Origin: Yuukianura sp. NJ FZ-2021
Lineage: Eukaryota
Direction: 5' to 3'
Assembly (NCBI GenBank): GCA_046563655.1
Contig: CM102290.1
Coordinates: 8,742,001-8,806,000 of the forward strand
DNA length: 64,000 nucleotides
Below the pieces are notes generated by a model. That model saw nothing but the letters and a program-made list of their open reading frames with translations, had not been told where the DNA came from and did not search any database. How positions within the stretch are numbered: position 1 is the stretch's first letter; every line of letters begins with the position of its first letter. Shown here one piece after another: positions 1 to 12,100 of the stretch. The position numbers and the translations under genes were made by a program.

Positions 1-2577
1 ACCACAAAAAAATACGAAATTGAAAACAATGGTTTGAAATGAAACATTTTCACTAGAATTGAAACCCATTCCGATTTTAAAGTCCGTGAGGTTTTGAATA
101 ACTTTTGTTGACACGTCGTACAACAGAAAACGAAAGTTTATGTGAGGTACTAGAGATTGAAGTGAGGAAGTGTTAAAAGTTGGCAACAATCGAATAGTCA
201 CGATTGCTAAATTTGCGCTAAGCAACAATTGCTTATAGTTAGTAACTGATGAAAGGGTTCTAATTAATTAGCATGCAGAAGGAAGTCATTCCTTGGCAAT
301 TCCAAGCGTAACTTCACTTTGGCACTATGCCTATTAATAAGTGGACATGAATAATGATCCACGGCCCTGCGCAGAATTCATTTCAAGATTCACTAGCGTA
401 TGACTTTCCTCAAGTACTTTTGGTTACATCGGAAGAAATGAGGAACTCCATTAATTAATGTGAGATGACATGACGAGTGATACGTCGGACACTGCCCATG
501 GACTTAAAGCCGAAGAACAAGCGTTAAAAAAGTCATTGACTAATTAAGGCCATGTATTGGGAGATTCATCAATTGAAATCAATATTCTACGGTTCAAGTA
601 CTCTCAAAAATTGGCCCGTGGCCTCATTTTTAATTTAGATTTTCTGTAACTTTGGGGCTTCAGATCCAAGCATTTAGAAAGCTTCCAACGCGTTTTTTTT
701 TGAAATTGTGACTAAAACGAAGTTTAACAATAAGCAGTTCAAAAAATTAGTATTACAGCCAATGTAGTTTTGGAAAATTGACAACAGCTGAAGACTTTTG
801 TTGTTTAATAATTGTATACCCATATTATTTTATGATTCGCACATAATATGTACAAACTTAAAAATCGATGAATTTTGACAATTTATGACAACTTTTGAAT
901 TGAAAAGTAAAAATTTCAAAAATTTTGAGTTACGCGGAGCATTTAATACCAAAACATAAATACTTTTTTGTTGAGACTCCACCATTTTTTACCAATTATT
1001 GTTAAGTTGAAGTTGTTTATTAAGAAATTTCTAATGGTCCAAAAACGATTGAAATATGGGCGGAGGCGGCGTGAAAGTGGGCAGAATTCGAATGAGTTCG
1101 TTTTAGTGGTCCAGTATTTCAAAGTCGTAAGAGGTTGAGGGCAACTCCTACTTTTGCAGTAATTTAGTGACTCAATTACGAGTGTCCCTTGTCATGTGGG
1201 TACTTAAAGTCAGACGCATAATTACGTAAAGCATCGCTCTTAACTTATTTCTTGTACTCGTGGTAAAATTAGAGGAGTACTAGGTTGTTCTTAGATTTCT
1301 TTTTCTATGCCCAACGTTTAACAACCCACATCACACTTTAGGAGCCCTTAATTCCGTAATACCCCTTGGAATGCCGTCCCTTCAGGTCATCCCCAATTAC
1401 TTAAGCTACAACTTCCAAACGGACCTGTGTTATTACGCGCAAACGAATTACGGGTGATGAACAAGTTGTACCTCGGTACTACACTTGACCCTCTTTAAAG
1501 TTACCGCGGTTCATAGAAATGAAGGTTTTGGTCCATATCCAAGAGGAAGAGTTTTCCAATGCCAAAAGTGAAAGCACGGTGAAAACACTGCGTTGTGTTG
1601 ATGTAATGCTGATGTTGCGGACCTAAAAGCTCAAATTTTTGAAAAATACGCTGGTATAAAATTGAAACCAATTCTGTGGACAATGAAATGAATTTAAAAA
1701 AAAAATTTTTTTGTTTACTTATTTGAAAACTAGAATTTTAAATTTTTCGACACAAATGTTTTTAAGGAGAATTCGGAGATTATGAGTAAAAGCGTACGGT
1801 ATTGGATAATAATAGGATAATAATATTGAAATGTTGTTTTTGATTGTTGGTTCGGAATCTTGGTTGGTTGAAAGATGAGATGTGTGGGATCTTGGATTTT
1901 TTGTGTTTCCAGCGATCATGATGGTTGTGTCGGTGTATTGCTGGCCACCCAGGTGAAGGCTAGGTGGTTGGGCAAAGTGACTTCGGCCAGCGGAGACTGA
2001 GCTGGGCCACCCAAAGACGCTTCTTTCGAAGATGTGAATTGGCAGGACAGTCCACTTGAAGAAAGACATGATGGGCTCGGGAGAAAAGTGACTGTAGAGA
2101 TCACTAAATAGACACTAATCACTTCGTAGGCTCTTTCCTCTGGGCAGGGAAAGGAGTCTCGGCTCGTCTTCTGCCCAATCCCACCGACCAACCTGCCTAG
2201 CTCCACCTCCTCGTCGAGCTGGAGGCGGAGCTTCCGTCGACTTGCTGGTCGCAGCTCGACTCACCACACTCAATTGACCTGTCAAACTGCCTAACGTTGT
2301 TTCCCTCACTCAGTCTACGGCCTCACGGCAATCACCTTCCAAGGATTAGTCCGAGTCCAGCAACTTGGCGATCGCTAAGCCGGCCTCCTTCCCTTGCCAA
2401 CCATAAGAAGACGAAGGAGAGCTCCCAATGTTGTCGGGGTTTCTCACTAGGCTAGTCGTTGAAGCACTTGGGGATCTCACAACTTCTGTCCAGAGACATC
2501 AATCCCACAGATCCACTCAGCCTTGTTCAGTAACGAGACAAGTTCAATTACCTTGTCACCACGTTTAGCTCTACGCT

Positions 2578-2611
2578 TCATTCTCTCACGGTTCGTCATC
2601 AAAAACGGTCA
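2578..2611 (+). promoter_or_regulatory. Candidate Inr + DPE core promoter of Lbx
   Basis: TCATTC (Inr, A+1 = 2580) with GGTCA (DPE consensus RGWYV) at exactly +28..+32 (2607-2611). It lies ~580 nt upstream of the ATG, just after a GC-richer stretch at ~1900-2500. Confidence 0.45.
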
Positions 2612-3159
2612 CCGGTTTCTAGTTGTTCAATTGGAGAAAGACTCTGAAGTGTCTGTAGAAATTTTGGTGAAAGTTTGTCAGGAAGTAATTTTCGGACAGT
2701 GTTAATGTGAACGAAAGTTTTTAAAAACCAGTCATTCGCCAAAACGACGGAATTGGAGACGATCTTTAAGCTTAATAACTAACGTGTTGCAGTTTAAAAT
2801 TTTGATTGTTTAAAAATATTGTAGACTGTGGAGTGACTTGTTTCTTTAGTTTGCACCAATAATGAAGTGAGCAAAATTGCTCAATTTACTACAAACTAAT
2901 ATCATTGAGCCGGAAGAATTTAATCAGTTTAATTTAGTCGGAAAATCAAAACTGAACGTTGAAAAATTAAAAGTAGGAAATGTGTTTTGAGGTTACAGCG
3001 GTGGACTAAAGTTAAAACTTGCACAAGTTTCAAAAAAGCAAGGACAATTTCAAATTTTGGTGGAATTTGTTTTGCGGGAAGTGAGAGGTCAAAGTGGCGT
3101 GCGTCATAAAGTGTTCGAGGCGTAGCAGTAGTAGTGGTGGTGACCCGGGGGGTGAACTC

Positions 3160-6100
3160 ATGAGTCCAAACTACTGCAACAACGAGCAGATGTGTGAGGC
3201 CAAGATGGATCCCGAATCTCCTGACAGAGATGACAGCAGGGTCAACGGCAAGGCCCCACCTTCCAGACCCACCTCCCTCAGCCCCACCAACGACGTATCT
3301 ATCAAAGACCAAGACTTTGCCCACCACCACCACCATCATGACCATCTTGACCCACCGTCGTCTCCACAGAGTCAAATGGGTGACGATGCTGAAGGTGATG
3401 ACGACGGTGACATGTCAACCGACGACATGATCAGTGTAGGTGGAAGTCCATCCCCTGCCCCGCCCCACTCCGAATCTCGCCGCCTGCCCCACCGCTCCAG
3501 GAACTCTCTGCTGGAGGAAAATATTGACGAATATTTCAGACCCTTCATTAAACTCCGAATGGTAAAGGTACGCTTTTTCTCATCTTAAATTTAGTTCGGC
3601 ATTTCAAAAGTTAGCGGCTAATTTGAAAGTGGTGCTAACAAATATTTCAAACATAACGCCTTTAAGGACTCGAGGGCTTGAGCAGTTTGTTAGTTTTTGT
3701 GTTGCATAGGAGTTGATTATGGTGTGCTAGAGCAGAGCAGGAAACAATGGTTTAATCGTTCATTATTCTTCCATCATCGCTTGGTCAAGATTTCATTGTT
3801 GAATGGTGATAATGGATGCCCAGATCTGATCGTCATTAATTTTAAATTATCATCATCTTAGCGTTTCTAGTGAATGTGTCGGCAGAATTAAAGCAGTTTG
3901 GATGAAGGGCAGGCGAACGGGCGGCAGGATTTGAAATTTGATGGCAATCTGGAAGATGTGATGACCATTGAAAACATCCCGCGGCACCTTCCAAACTCTC
4001 TTTTTTTCCTAAGAACGAGATGGACTAATAGCTCATTCCCTGTCGAAGATGAGGTTCTAATTGTAATTCCCTTTTAGGCTTCTCTTAATTGGCTATAAAA
4101 TGTCGGTAAGGACATTTATCAATTGTCTTTGCCCGCCATTGGAAAGTTCGACTCAAGGCGCATGGGCAGCGAGAAGCTAAAAAGTATGGTGGTGCCATTT
4201 AGAATCCTAAGTACATGGAAATAAGTCTAAATAAGGAATTGACAAGATGACAGGAAAGAAGGAATGGCTGTCCAGAGAGGAGCGCCCCTTCCAATGGCGT
4301 TCCCCGTTTCATTTGTGGAACTGTTTAAAAATTGATGCAGCTAAAACCAAAAAACGGCGGCGGCGTTTTTGGAAGTGAGTAGAAGGCTTAAGTGGAGAGA
4401 TCCATTATTAAGTATCAATTAAACTCATTAAGGAAGAGCGGATCCGCCCATTCAATCATTTCTGTTTTGTGACACGTCAAGCCAAGGGGACCTTTTACTA
4501 AATTTATTTACACAACCGTCTGTTAAGCACCGACTCCTTCAAACACCGAAAACTTCCAAAGTCCTACTTGTGTCATTGAATCAGAACAAAATTTAATCAA
4601 TTTTTCATTCAATTTCGAAAAGCTTCAAATTTTAGAAACGTTTTACAAACAAAGTTAAAACAATTCTTGAAAGAGTACTTGAAAATCTTTCTGGGTTTGT
4701 GAAATTTTTTTGTCGTAAACGAATTTGCCACGATCAACAAAGCAAAAGCGGGATTTTTTTTTCATATTTTTGGAATGTGTTGTGTCAGAAAACTTTCCCA
4801 TTTTGAAGAATAAAAAATACAAAGTAAAAGCACTTTAAGGTTTTCATTTTTCGAACAATTTTATAAAGTGATGAAGTTAAAAGATTGTTGACTTTAGGGC
4901 GTAATTATGATCATCGCGACGAAATAAAAAAAAATAGTAGCAAAGATTCAGTGAGCAGATAGTTTTCAATATCACGATTTTAAGGGTAATCGTCCCTGCC
5001 AGTGACTGAAAAAGTTGCAGTTACAATGGATGCCGACACTTAGCGTTTTGAACAATACGTAGCCACTATTGAGCCAAATAGTCTCTTAAGTTATCCTTAA
5101 GTGGCCACTCCATTAAGTGGTTCCAAACTTTAAGGAATTTGTAACAGAATGGCATTAGCCAGCCCTTTACTATTTTGTACCGAATTACTCAGAAACCTAA
5201 CAAAAAATATTTCGATGTTCAGATTCTCAAATTACAAGCTACAACTTCCGTCCTCTTAAGTGAAAAATTGAAAATCTAGTTAAAAATTTTCGAGCAAAAT
5301 TTCATAACTCTTTTTTTTTTAAATATTTTTTAGGTGGAACCACCATCGAGTCAAAGTCCTGCAGGACTCAAGTCCTTCTCAATCTCTGATATCCTAAGTC
5401 ACAAGCCCAGTAAGAGTCCCACCACGACAATTCCTAATCACCATGGTAACAGATCCCTGGACGTCAACGGAGTCCAAGACCTCGTAGTAAGTCAGCAGCG
5501 GATTGTACGTCCGTGGGACGCACAACAGCAACAGCTCCAAATTCACCATCACCATCATCATCACCGTCACCACAATTCGGAGAGTCAGGCCAAATCCAAT
5601 GGACGCCGAAATTCGGATTCCTCACCCCTAGATGCACTTTTTCAAATGACTTCAAAAACATTTGAGGGTCTCAATGGACATCACGATGGTCAAGGTAAGC
5701 CATCAATTCACTTCAGAATCCTACCTTCACAGAACTGAATTCTGCAAAAACACGATTCTCCAACATATGCTTTCAAAAAAAAACATCCAGAAAAATATGG
5801 ACCAGTGCCTTAAATCACCTATGCTCCGTGTAAAAAAAATATAAAAAAAATTCCTCATCAATATTTTCGAAAAACTACAGTAGAAGCAGACTATTTCGGT
5901 GCTCACTCCTAAAAAAATTCTCCGGAAAATTTTGAAATTTTAGGGATATTGTTTGAAAATTATGAAAATTGGAACCGCCAAAAATTTCGTGAAAAAGTGA
6001 AGAAACCGAAAGTTTATTTTGAAATGCAGTTGCAGACAAAGTTTGACGTTTGTAATTATGCCCCTCAGGTTAGACAAATCCAATCAATTATGTAGATTTT

Positions 6101-9100
6101 TGGCATGCAACTATCTGCATCACCTGTCTCAACAATAACCTCACTTATGAACTTAAATGTTCAGTAAACCACTACAAAGTCCCCAAGTGCATTCAAATTT
6201 GAAAATTGGCGGTTCGACTAACCTTGTAGAATGAGCTTATAGTAAAGCCGTTGAGCGTACTTCCTTCAAATTGTTTAAAGTATGGAACAGTTGTATGATT
6301 TGTGCAAAATGGGAGTAAAATGGGTCGATGAGAACCGTGGTTATTTAATTACATATAGCAGAAAGCCTACTCCTTTGTGCATGTGAAAACCTAATTCTGG
6401 AAATTCGCAATTCCCGTTTTTGCATAACTTTTTTGCGCCATATGTCAGTGAGAATGAGCGATAATTACAGAATGAGCAAAAAAAAATTATTACTGTTCAA
6501 ATTGGCATTAAACCCGTCATCTGCTAACCTTTCAAAAAATATTGGTCATGTAACCAACTTGGGTGGCAAAAATAATTGGACAGGTTAGTGGTTAATGGTA
6601 AATTTCTGTGTCGAAGTCTTCAATATTTTGTCCAAGTTTGCCTTTAAAAAAAGTGAGTATAAAATTTGAAAAAAAAAATGAAGGAAAAAAGTAGTTCCGA
6701 AAAGTAAAAAAGAAATCTGAAAAGGGAGTAAGAAATCAATAGAGGAAATCATTGAGGTTTCCTTTCCATAAAAAAGTATTAAGGGAACGAGTGGCGTGTT
6801 CAACAAACATTTCGAGACCTTTGACCAATTTAAGAAGGTGAAAGCAAATCAGACTTTAGATTTTCCTTTATTCATTGCGGAAACCTTTAATATCAAAGTC
6901 GAGTTACCTGATTTTTCCAAATTTGAAAATTTCTGACCCCACTTTTTTCTCATTTTTTCAGACAGCCTCATTTTAAAAAAAAAAAAGTCGTACACATTGT
7001 TTTGCCTTTTGTCAGTAAAATCAGGTCAAAGTCCTGCGTTCAGTCAATACGCATTTTTAAAACATTTTTGTGCAAAGTGTTTAGAATGCTGGTTCAACAC
7101 TAACGTTTGTGCCGAGGTGTAAAAATTATTCAAAATCGATTCGGCTACACTTTGGTTTACAACTTTATTGAATTGAGGCCTGAGTCACTTGGTGTTCTAA
7201 TATTGCGGTTTTGTGGTCGTTCAAGCTTCGATACACAAGTCAATATCACCTCCAAATTGACACACCGCGCCTTCCATCTGAATGAACCAAAAACATTCAA
7301 ATCAATTTTGGACAGTTACGTAAAAATGAAAATTCAGGACGGTTCCTTCTTTGTTAAATAGTGAATATACGCATTTGGTAGGTTTTTGAATTTCCAATTT
7401 TAAAATTTAGAGTTACTGTGACTGAAAATTTGAAAATGGTGGAAAAAATTTCAGAATTTGATGATGAGATGACGGAAAGGACCTCTCCAAAGGACCATAA
7501 ATAATTACGGGCCCTTGAAAAGGGCTCATTAAAAGACACTTCTGTGTCCCTGTGTAAGTTGAATACGCTGTCTCTCTCTGCTTGATTCAGAAGAAAGTGA
7601 AGAGGGAGGCTGAAGAAGTGGGAGAAAATAGTTTTGATGACAGAGACTTGGGCTCGGCAGCTGTTCCGAGTTAACAGTGGAAGCGATTAACGGTGGAGAT
7701 GTTGACGGGACTATTTCCGTTTCTAGAAATGTAACTCACAGTCACTTCTAGAATTAGCTTCCAAAATATGGACTCGGAAGGCTTTGGATCAGCCCTCAAC
7801 TCCCGGCTCACTCAGAATTTCCTCAATTTTGAATTTTTAAATAAAGCAATAGAACATGGTCGATAACACTGATGGTTTTTGTTTTAAGCATTCCTTAGAA
7901 AACTTCAAAACCGTTTTCTGGAAGTTTTTCCTCCAAATTACATAAGGACGTCCTCAAAATTTTGAGGATGTCCTCTTTGGAGCAATTCCGAACTCTTCCA
8001 GGGACTTAACCGGCGGAACTCCGTCATCTCTCTTCCAACACTAAAGGCATTTTGTTATTTCCCGAAAGCATCTTTAGCAAATTAAATTAGCAGCACATCC
8101 ATCTCCATCTCGGCAGAGTTTTAGAAGCTTCTTGGCATACAGACAAATGTTGAACCTCCTTGAAGAAATTCAATTGGCTCTCATCCGCTTATTAAGTTGG
8201 GCTTGATTAACAGAAAGATCCTCCAGGAAGATGTCCAAAGGAGACAAGGAGACAAAGTCACTTACACTTCAGCTTCCATTTGGTTTCCAAACGCACGAGA
8301 TCAAAGTAGGACGCTCAACCTCAGTCAAAAAAAATCTGTCCGTGTTTGTCTACATTTGACTTGTGAGGGCAAGGATATAACGTGTCAACTTGTCTTTGTC
8401 GCTGGATGATGATGAAAGGAAAAGCAAAGGGAAATGACACGTCTCAACTTTTTACAATTTCACTTTGAAATGACAATGACATGCTTGTTTCTAAATTTTA
8501 AATGTTTCAAAACATTTGTGTGTATGGGAGACACAAATGTTTTGTAAACTTCAAAGGAAGTCAAAGGCATCCAGACCAAAAGTTGTTTTGGTTAACATAT
8601 GCACAAAGTAGGATTTAAAAATTAGACATTCCATCCACGTTCCAGAAAACAATTCAACATTTGGAACTTTTTTGGAACAACTTTCCAAACTGAGAAAAGC
8701 AGCCATTAGGATTTCGAATTCTGAAACATTTTTATTTTCTGACTTCAAATTTCCTGATCTTGAGTGAAAGTTTTGAAATGGTGAATGACCTGGCTGAGGT
8801 TATAGCTGTCTCAGAAATGGTTTACCATGCGGAAAGGCACTTCGGATGAAATTGGTTTAAAGTGAAATGAGGCGTGGGAGTATTTACATTGGCAACATCA
8901 CGTCAAATTAACCTCTTATAAATTCAAATCATGTTTTCCGAACTGGAATGGCAGCGGCAAAAGAATTTTAGGATGAGCAGAGTGTAAATTGGACCCCTTT
9001 TGACAGAGACTTGAAAGGATTGGGGAGCACTTTAATTTGAAAAAGCATTTATTAGGTTTGGATTAGCTCCGTTTCGGTTAGTACCAATTTGGAACTTGTG

Positions 9101-12100
9101 CTCAAAGAGTCATATAAACTTGGGCATTGTGTTACAAAGGATGAGACGTTTAGAATGTAAACCTACGTTAGAATGGAAACTGCGTTCAGTTGACTCTTTT
9201 GGTTTGTAATCTGAGAAAGAATGGGCAGGAAGGGTTAATGATGGGTGTGTGAATTAGGCAGTTGAGGTGAAGACCATGGCAACAAAGGGAGCCGACACAG
9301 AAGATCTGAATAGGATTAGCCTGTCAGTCCAAGTATCTCTTAAGGATCCACATTATACAGACCTACGGAATGTTGCAAAAGTTACAACTAAAGCCTCAGA
9401 AGGCCTTGTTCCTTTCACAGTCAAGGAAAACCAAGGTTACGGTCGTATTCAATCCCCTGAATTATGCTCTCTTTTCTTAGTATGCGCAGAGGTTAAAATG
9501 TGTTTTACGACGCAGAGCGGAATGGCCCAATGACCGAAGTGTTCCAAATTGGAGATTTATAAGCACGGTTATTCAAACAGTTGTGGCATACAATAGGAAA
9601 TACTAACACAACATTTATATGGACCAAAATTTCATTCGGAGAGGAATAGAATTCTTTTTTTTTTTGAATTTCGAAAGCGAATTTTTAAAGAAGGTTTTCA
9701 GTAGCCTTCATGTAGGCACTTCTGAATTACATCCTGTAATGTAACATTTATGTTTCATAGAATTCGGTGTGTGTGGGGAGGGTTTGTTGAGTCGATTTAA
9801 GTTTGCGCGTCATTGGGAAAGTGAAAGTTTGTGCTTTCTCTCTACGACTTCTACTGAAAAGGAATTGTATGCGTTGAAGACAAGAAGAATTCGGAAACCA
9901 TCAAGCGAAGGTTATTCTGAGGAACATTTTCCTTTTCATGCCGCATTACTTTCACCACTTTTCACTTTCACTTCCTCTAAACCCTCTAGCAGCCTCCATA
10001 GTAGCCGTCCCAAAGAAAATTCCAATTACATCTGGAATTTATATATATCCTCTTCCCATTTGATTTTACGAGAAACCGTTTATCCCAGTATTGACTTTTC
10101 ACCTCGTTGAGCACCCAACTTTTCCATAGCAAAAGCGTAGGATAATAGGAGACTTTCTTCTGAACCTCAAGTCCCCTCTCCTCCCCCTTGCGAGTACTGC
10201 TCGTCACCACCACCATTACCCTCACACGTCTTTTGACGACCACAATGGAGGATGTGTCCATGTGTCAACAGACACACACGCACATCATTTCCAATTCAAC
10301 ATTCAGGAAAAAAGCATTTGTTGTATCCTGTAGCAGCCCCTTTTCATTGGTTCCAGGGTTGAGGGAGCTCTTGAAGCAGAAACGATGGTAGCTCTTTCTA
10401 TTCAAATCAAACTTTGACATGTTCATTTTGACAGGTACTCCCACACTACTACGTAAATAACGTTGTCTTCAGTTTCCTCATCCAAAACCAACTGTCATCT
10501 ATCCTCATTCATTATGTCAAATCAATAACAACAACAACACATCATCATCCAATAGAGTATAATGGCCATTCAACCCTGTGAACACAAAGTGTATTTCTAG
10601 GTGGGGTACTTAAGGACCCAACAGCTTCTGATGCTGAAATTTTAGTCAGACTTTACAGAAAGGCTAAAGAGCTTAAACTGTTTGATTATTTTTCTTTTTA
10701 AATTTGGAAATACTGAAATTGTTCCGTTTGTAATGGAAACAATTTCCATTTCGGGTGTATACTTAGAGCGGAACGGGGAAAAAGAAAAGATTCCTAATAA
10801 ATATTAGGAGACTTCCCCTCTAATTATAGTTGGATTGGGCCTTATTACTCATCGGAAGTTTTTCTAACTGTAGCCTTAAGTGCCCCAGAAACAGCAGCGC
10901 ATAAAACTCTGTGGGTACTTGCGGGTTACTAAGCCCTTTATACACTTCACACTTACAGTTTGACACGGAAGGAATAATTGAGCTTATTACTATGTCTACT
11001 ATATACCTAACGTTTCTAACGTTTTCTAACTTTTAGTACTCTAAGAAAGGCTAAAGCAGCACCGCCAACTCCAAACTTTTTTGAAAATTCACAGGCACTA
11101 CTTTCCTTTAATTGCTTTTCTCTAATTCCTCGTTATTAAACATAATAACAGCGTCATTTCCAGAAGGAAAGGAACTGTACTTTCAAATTACTGAAGCAAA
11201 TTTCACCAGGAAATTTCCCTCTGGTCGGCTACTTTCTTTCATTGTTCTCTGTATGTTATTGGCACGACTCCTTTTCCTCTGCCAACTTATAATTAACTTT
11301 TCTCTAAATGTGCTTAATTGGAATAAGTCAATTTTCCAAATCCTTGAGCCGATTGGACACGGACTAGCACCAGAGGTCTCCCCTGTTCTATATAACATTT
11401 GTTATTAATCTGAATTCCACTCACTTAATGTACTGAAATGATCCAATCCAAAGTGAAAATGAGTTCGTCCGAACTGGACTTTGAGACTTGTGATGAAAAA
11501 TGACATGACCTAATGACCTCAGGATGAAGGGAGTGATTGAGTACTTTAATAAGTGTCAAGGGACTCTCCCAGTGAAAACGAAAGCGGTCGTGGAGGTTAG
11601 CAGTTGAAAGGAAAATCGGTTCTCATTTTTTCGTTAGAATTTGTCCTGCCTAAGCGTGAACTTTTAGTAAGGTTGTAAGTGCCTATTATTCCAAGGGCTT
11701 TGGAAAGTGATGACAAGGGGAATGACTCTGACTCAAGGGACACCAGGGGGGAGGGGGTCTCTTTTACAAATAGTCCAAAAGTGACTCTATTTCAATTATC
11801 TTCCTTTCCATCCGTATTTCCTTTCCCCTGATTTCCCCAGCTCTGATTTTCCCACCACCACTGGAGTTTGAATAAGTGAAGGCAGAGGAGGGAGGATTGG
11901 GTTTAAAGTTGGAGCGGGATAATTTGAAAATAGTGTCTAACCATTCATTCCTCTCAGGGGAAGAAGAAGATTTGGAACAGTTGAGCGGTTGGGAAGTATT
12001 TTAAGAGGATAAATTTGCCAGGAAGTGAAGGGTGCGGAGATGCCGAGGAGTCAAGGAAGCGACAATGATACATGGATCTTCGGATGAGCAAAAGTTCCAA

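Noticed and set aside
2929..3375. 148-aa antisense ORF over Lbx exon 1 (likewise the antisense ORFs over Msx exon 1 and tin exon 4)
   Set aside because: Shadow ORFs expected opposite GC-richer coding sequence.
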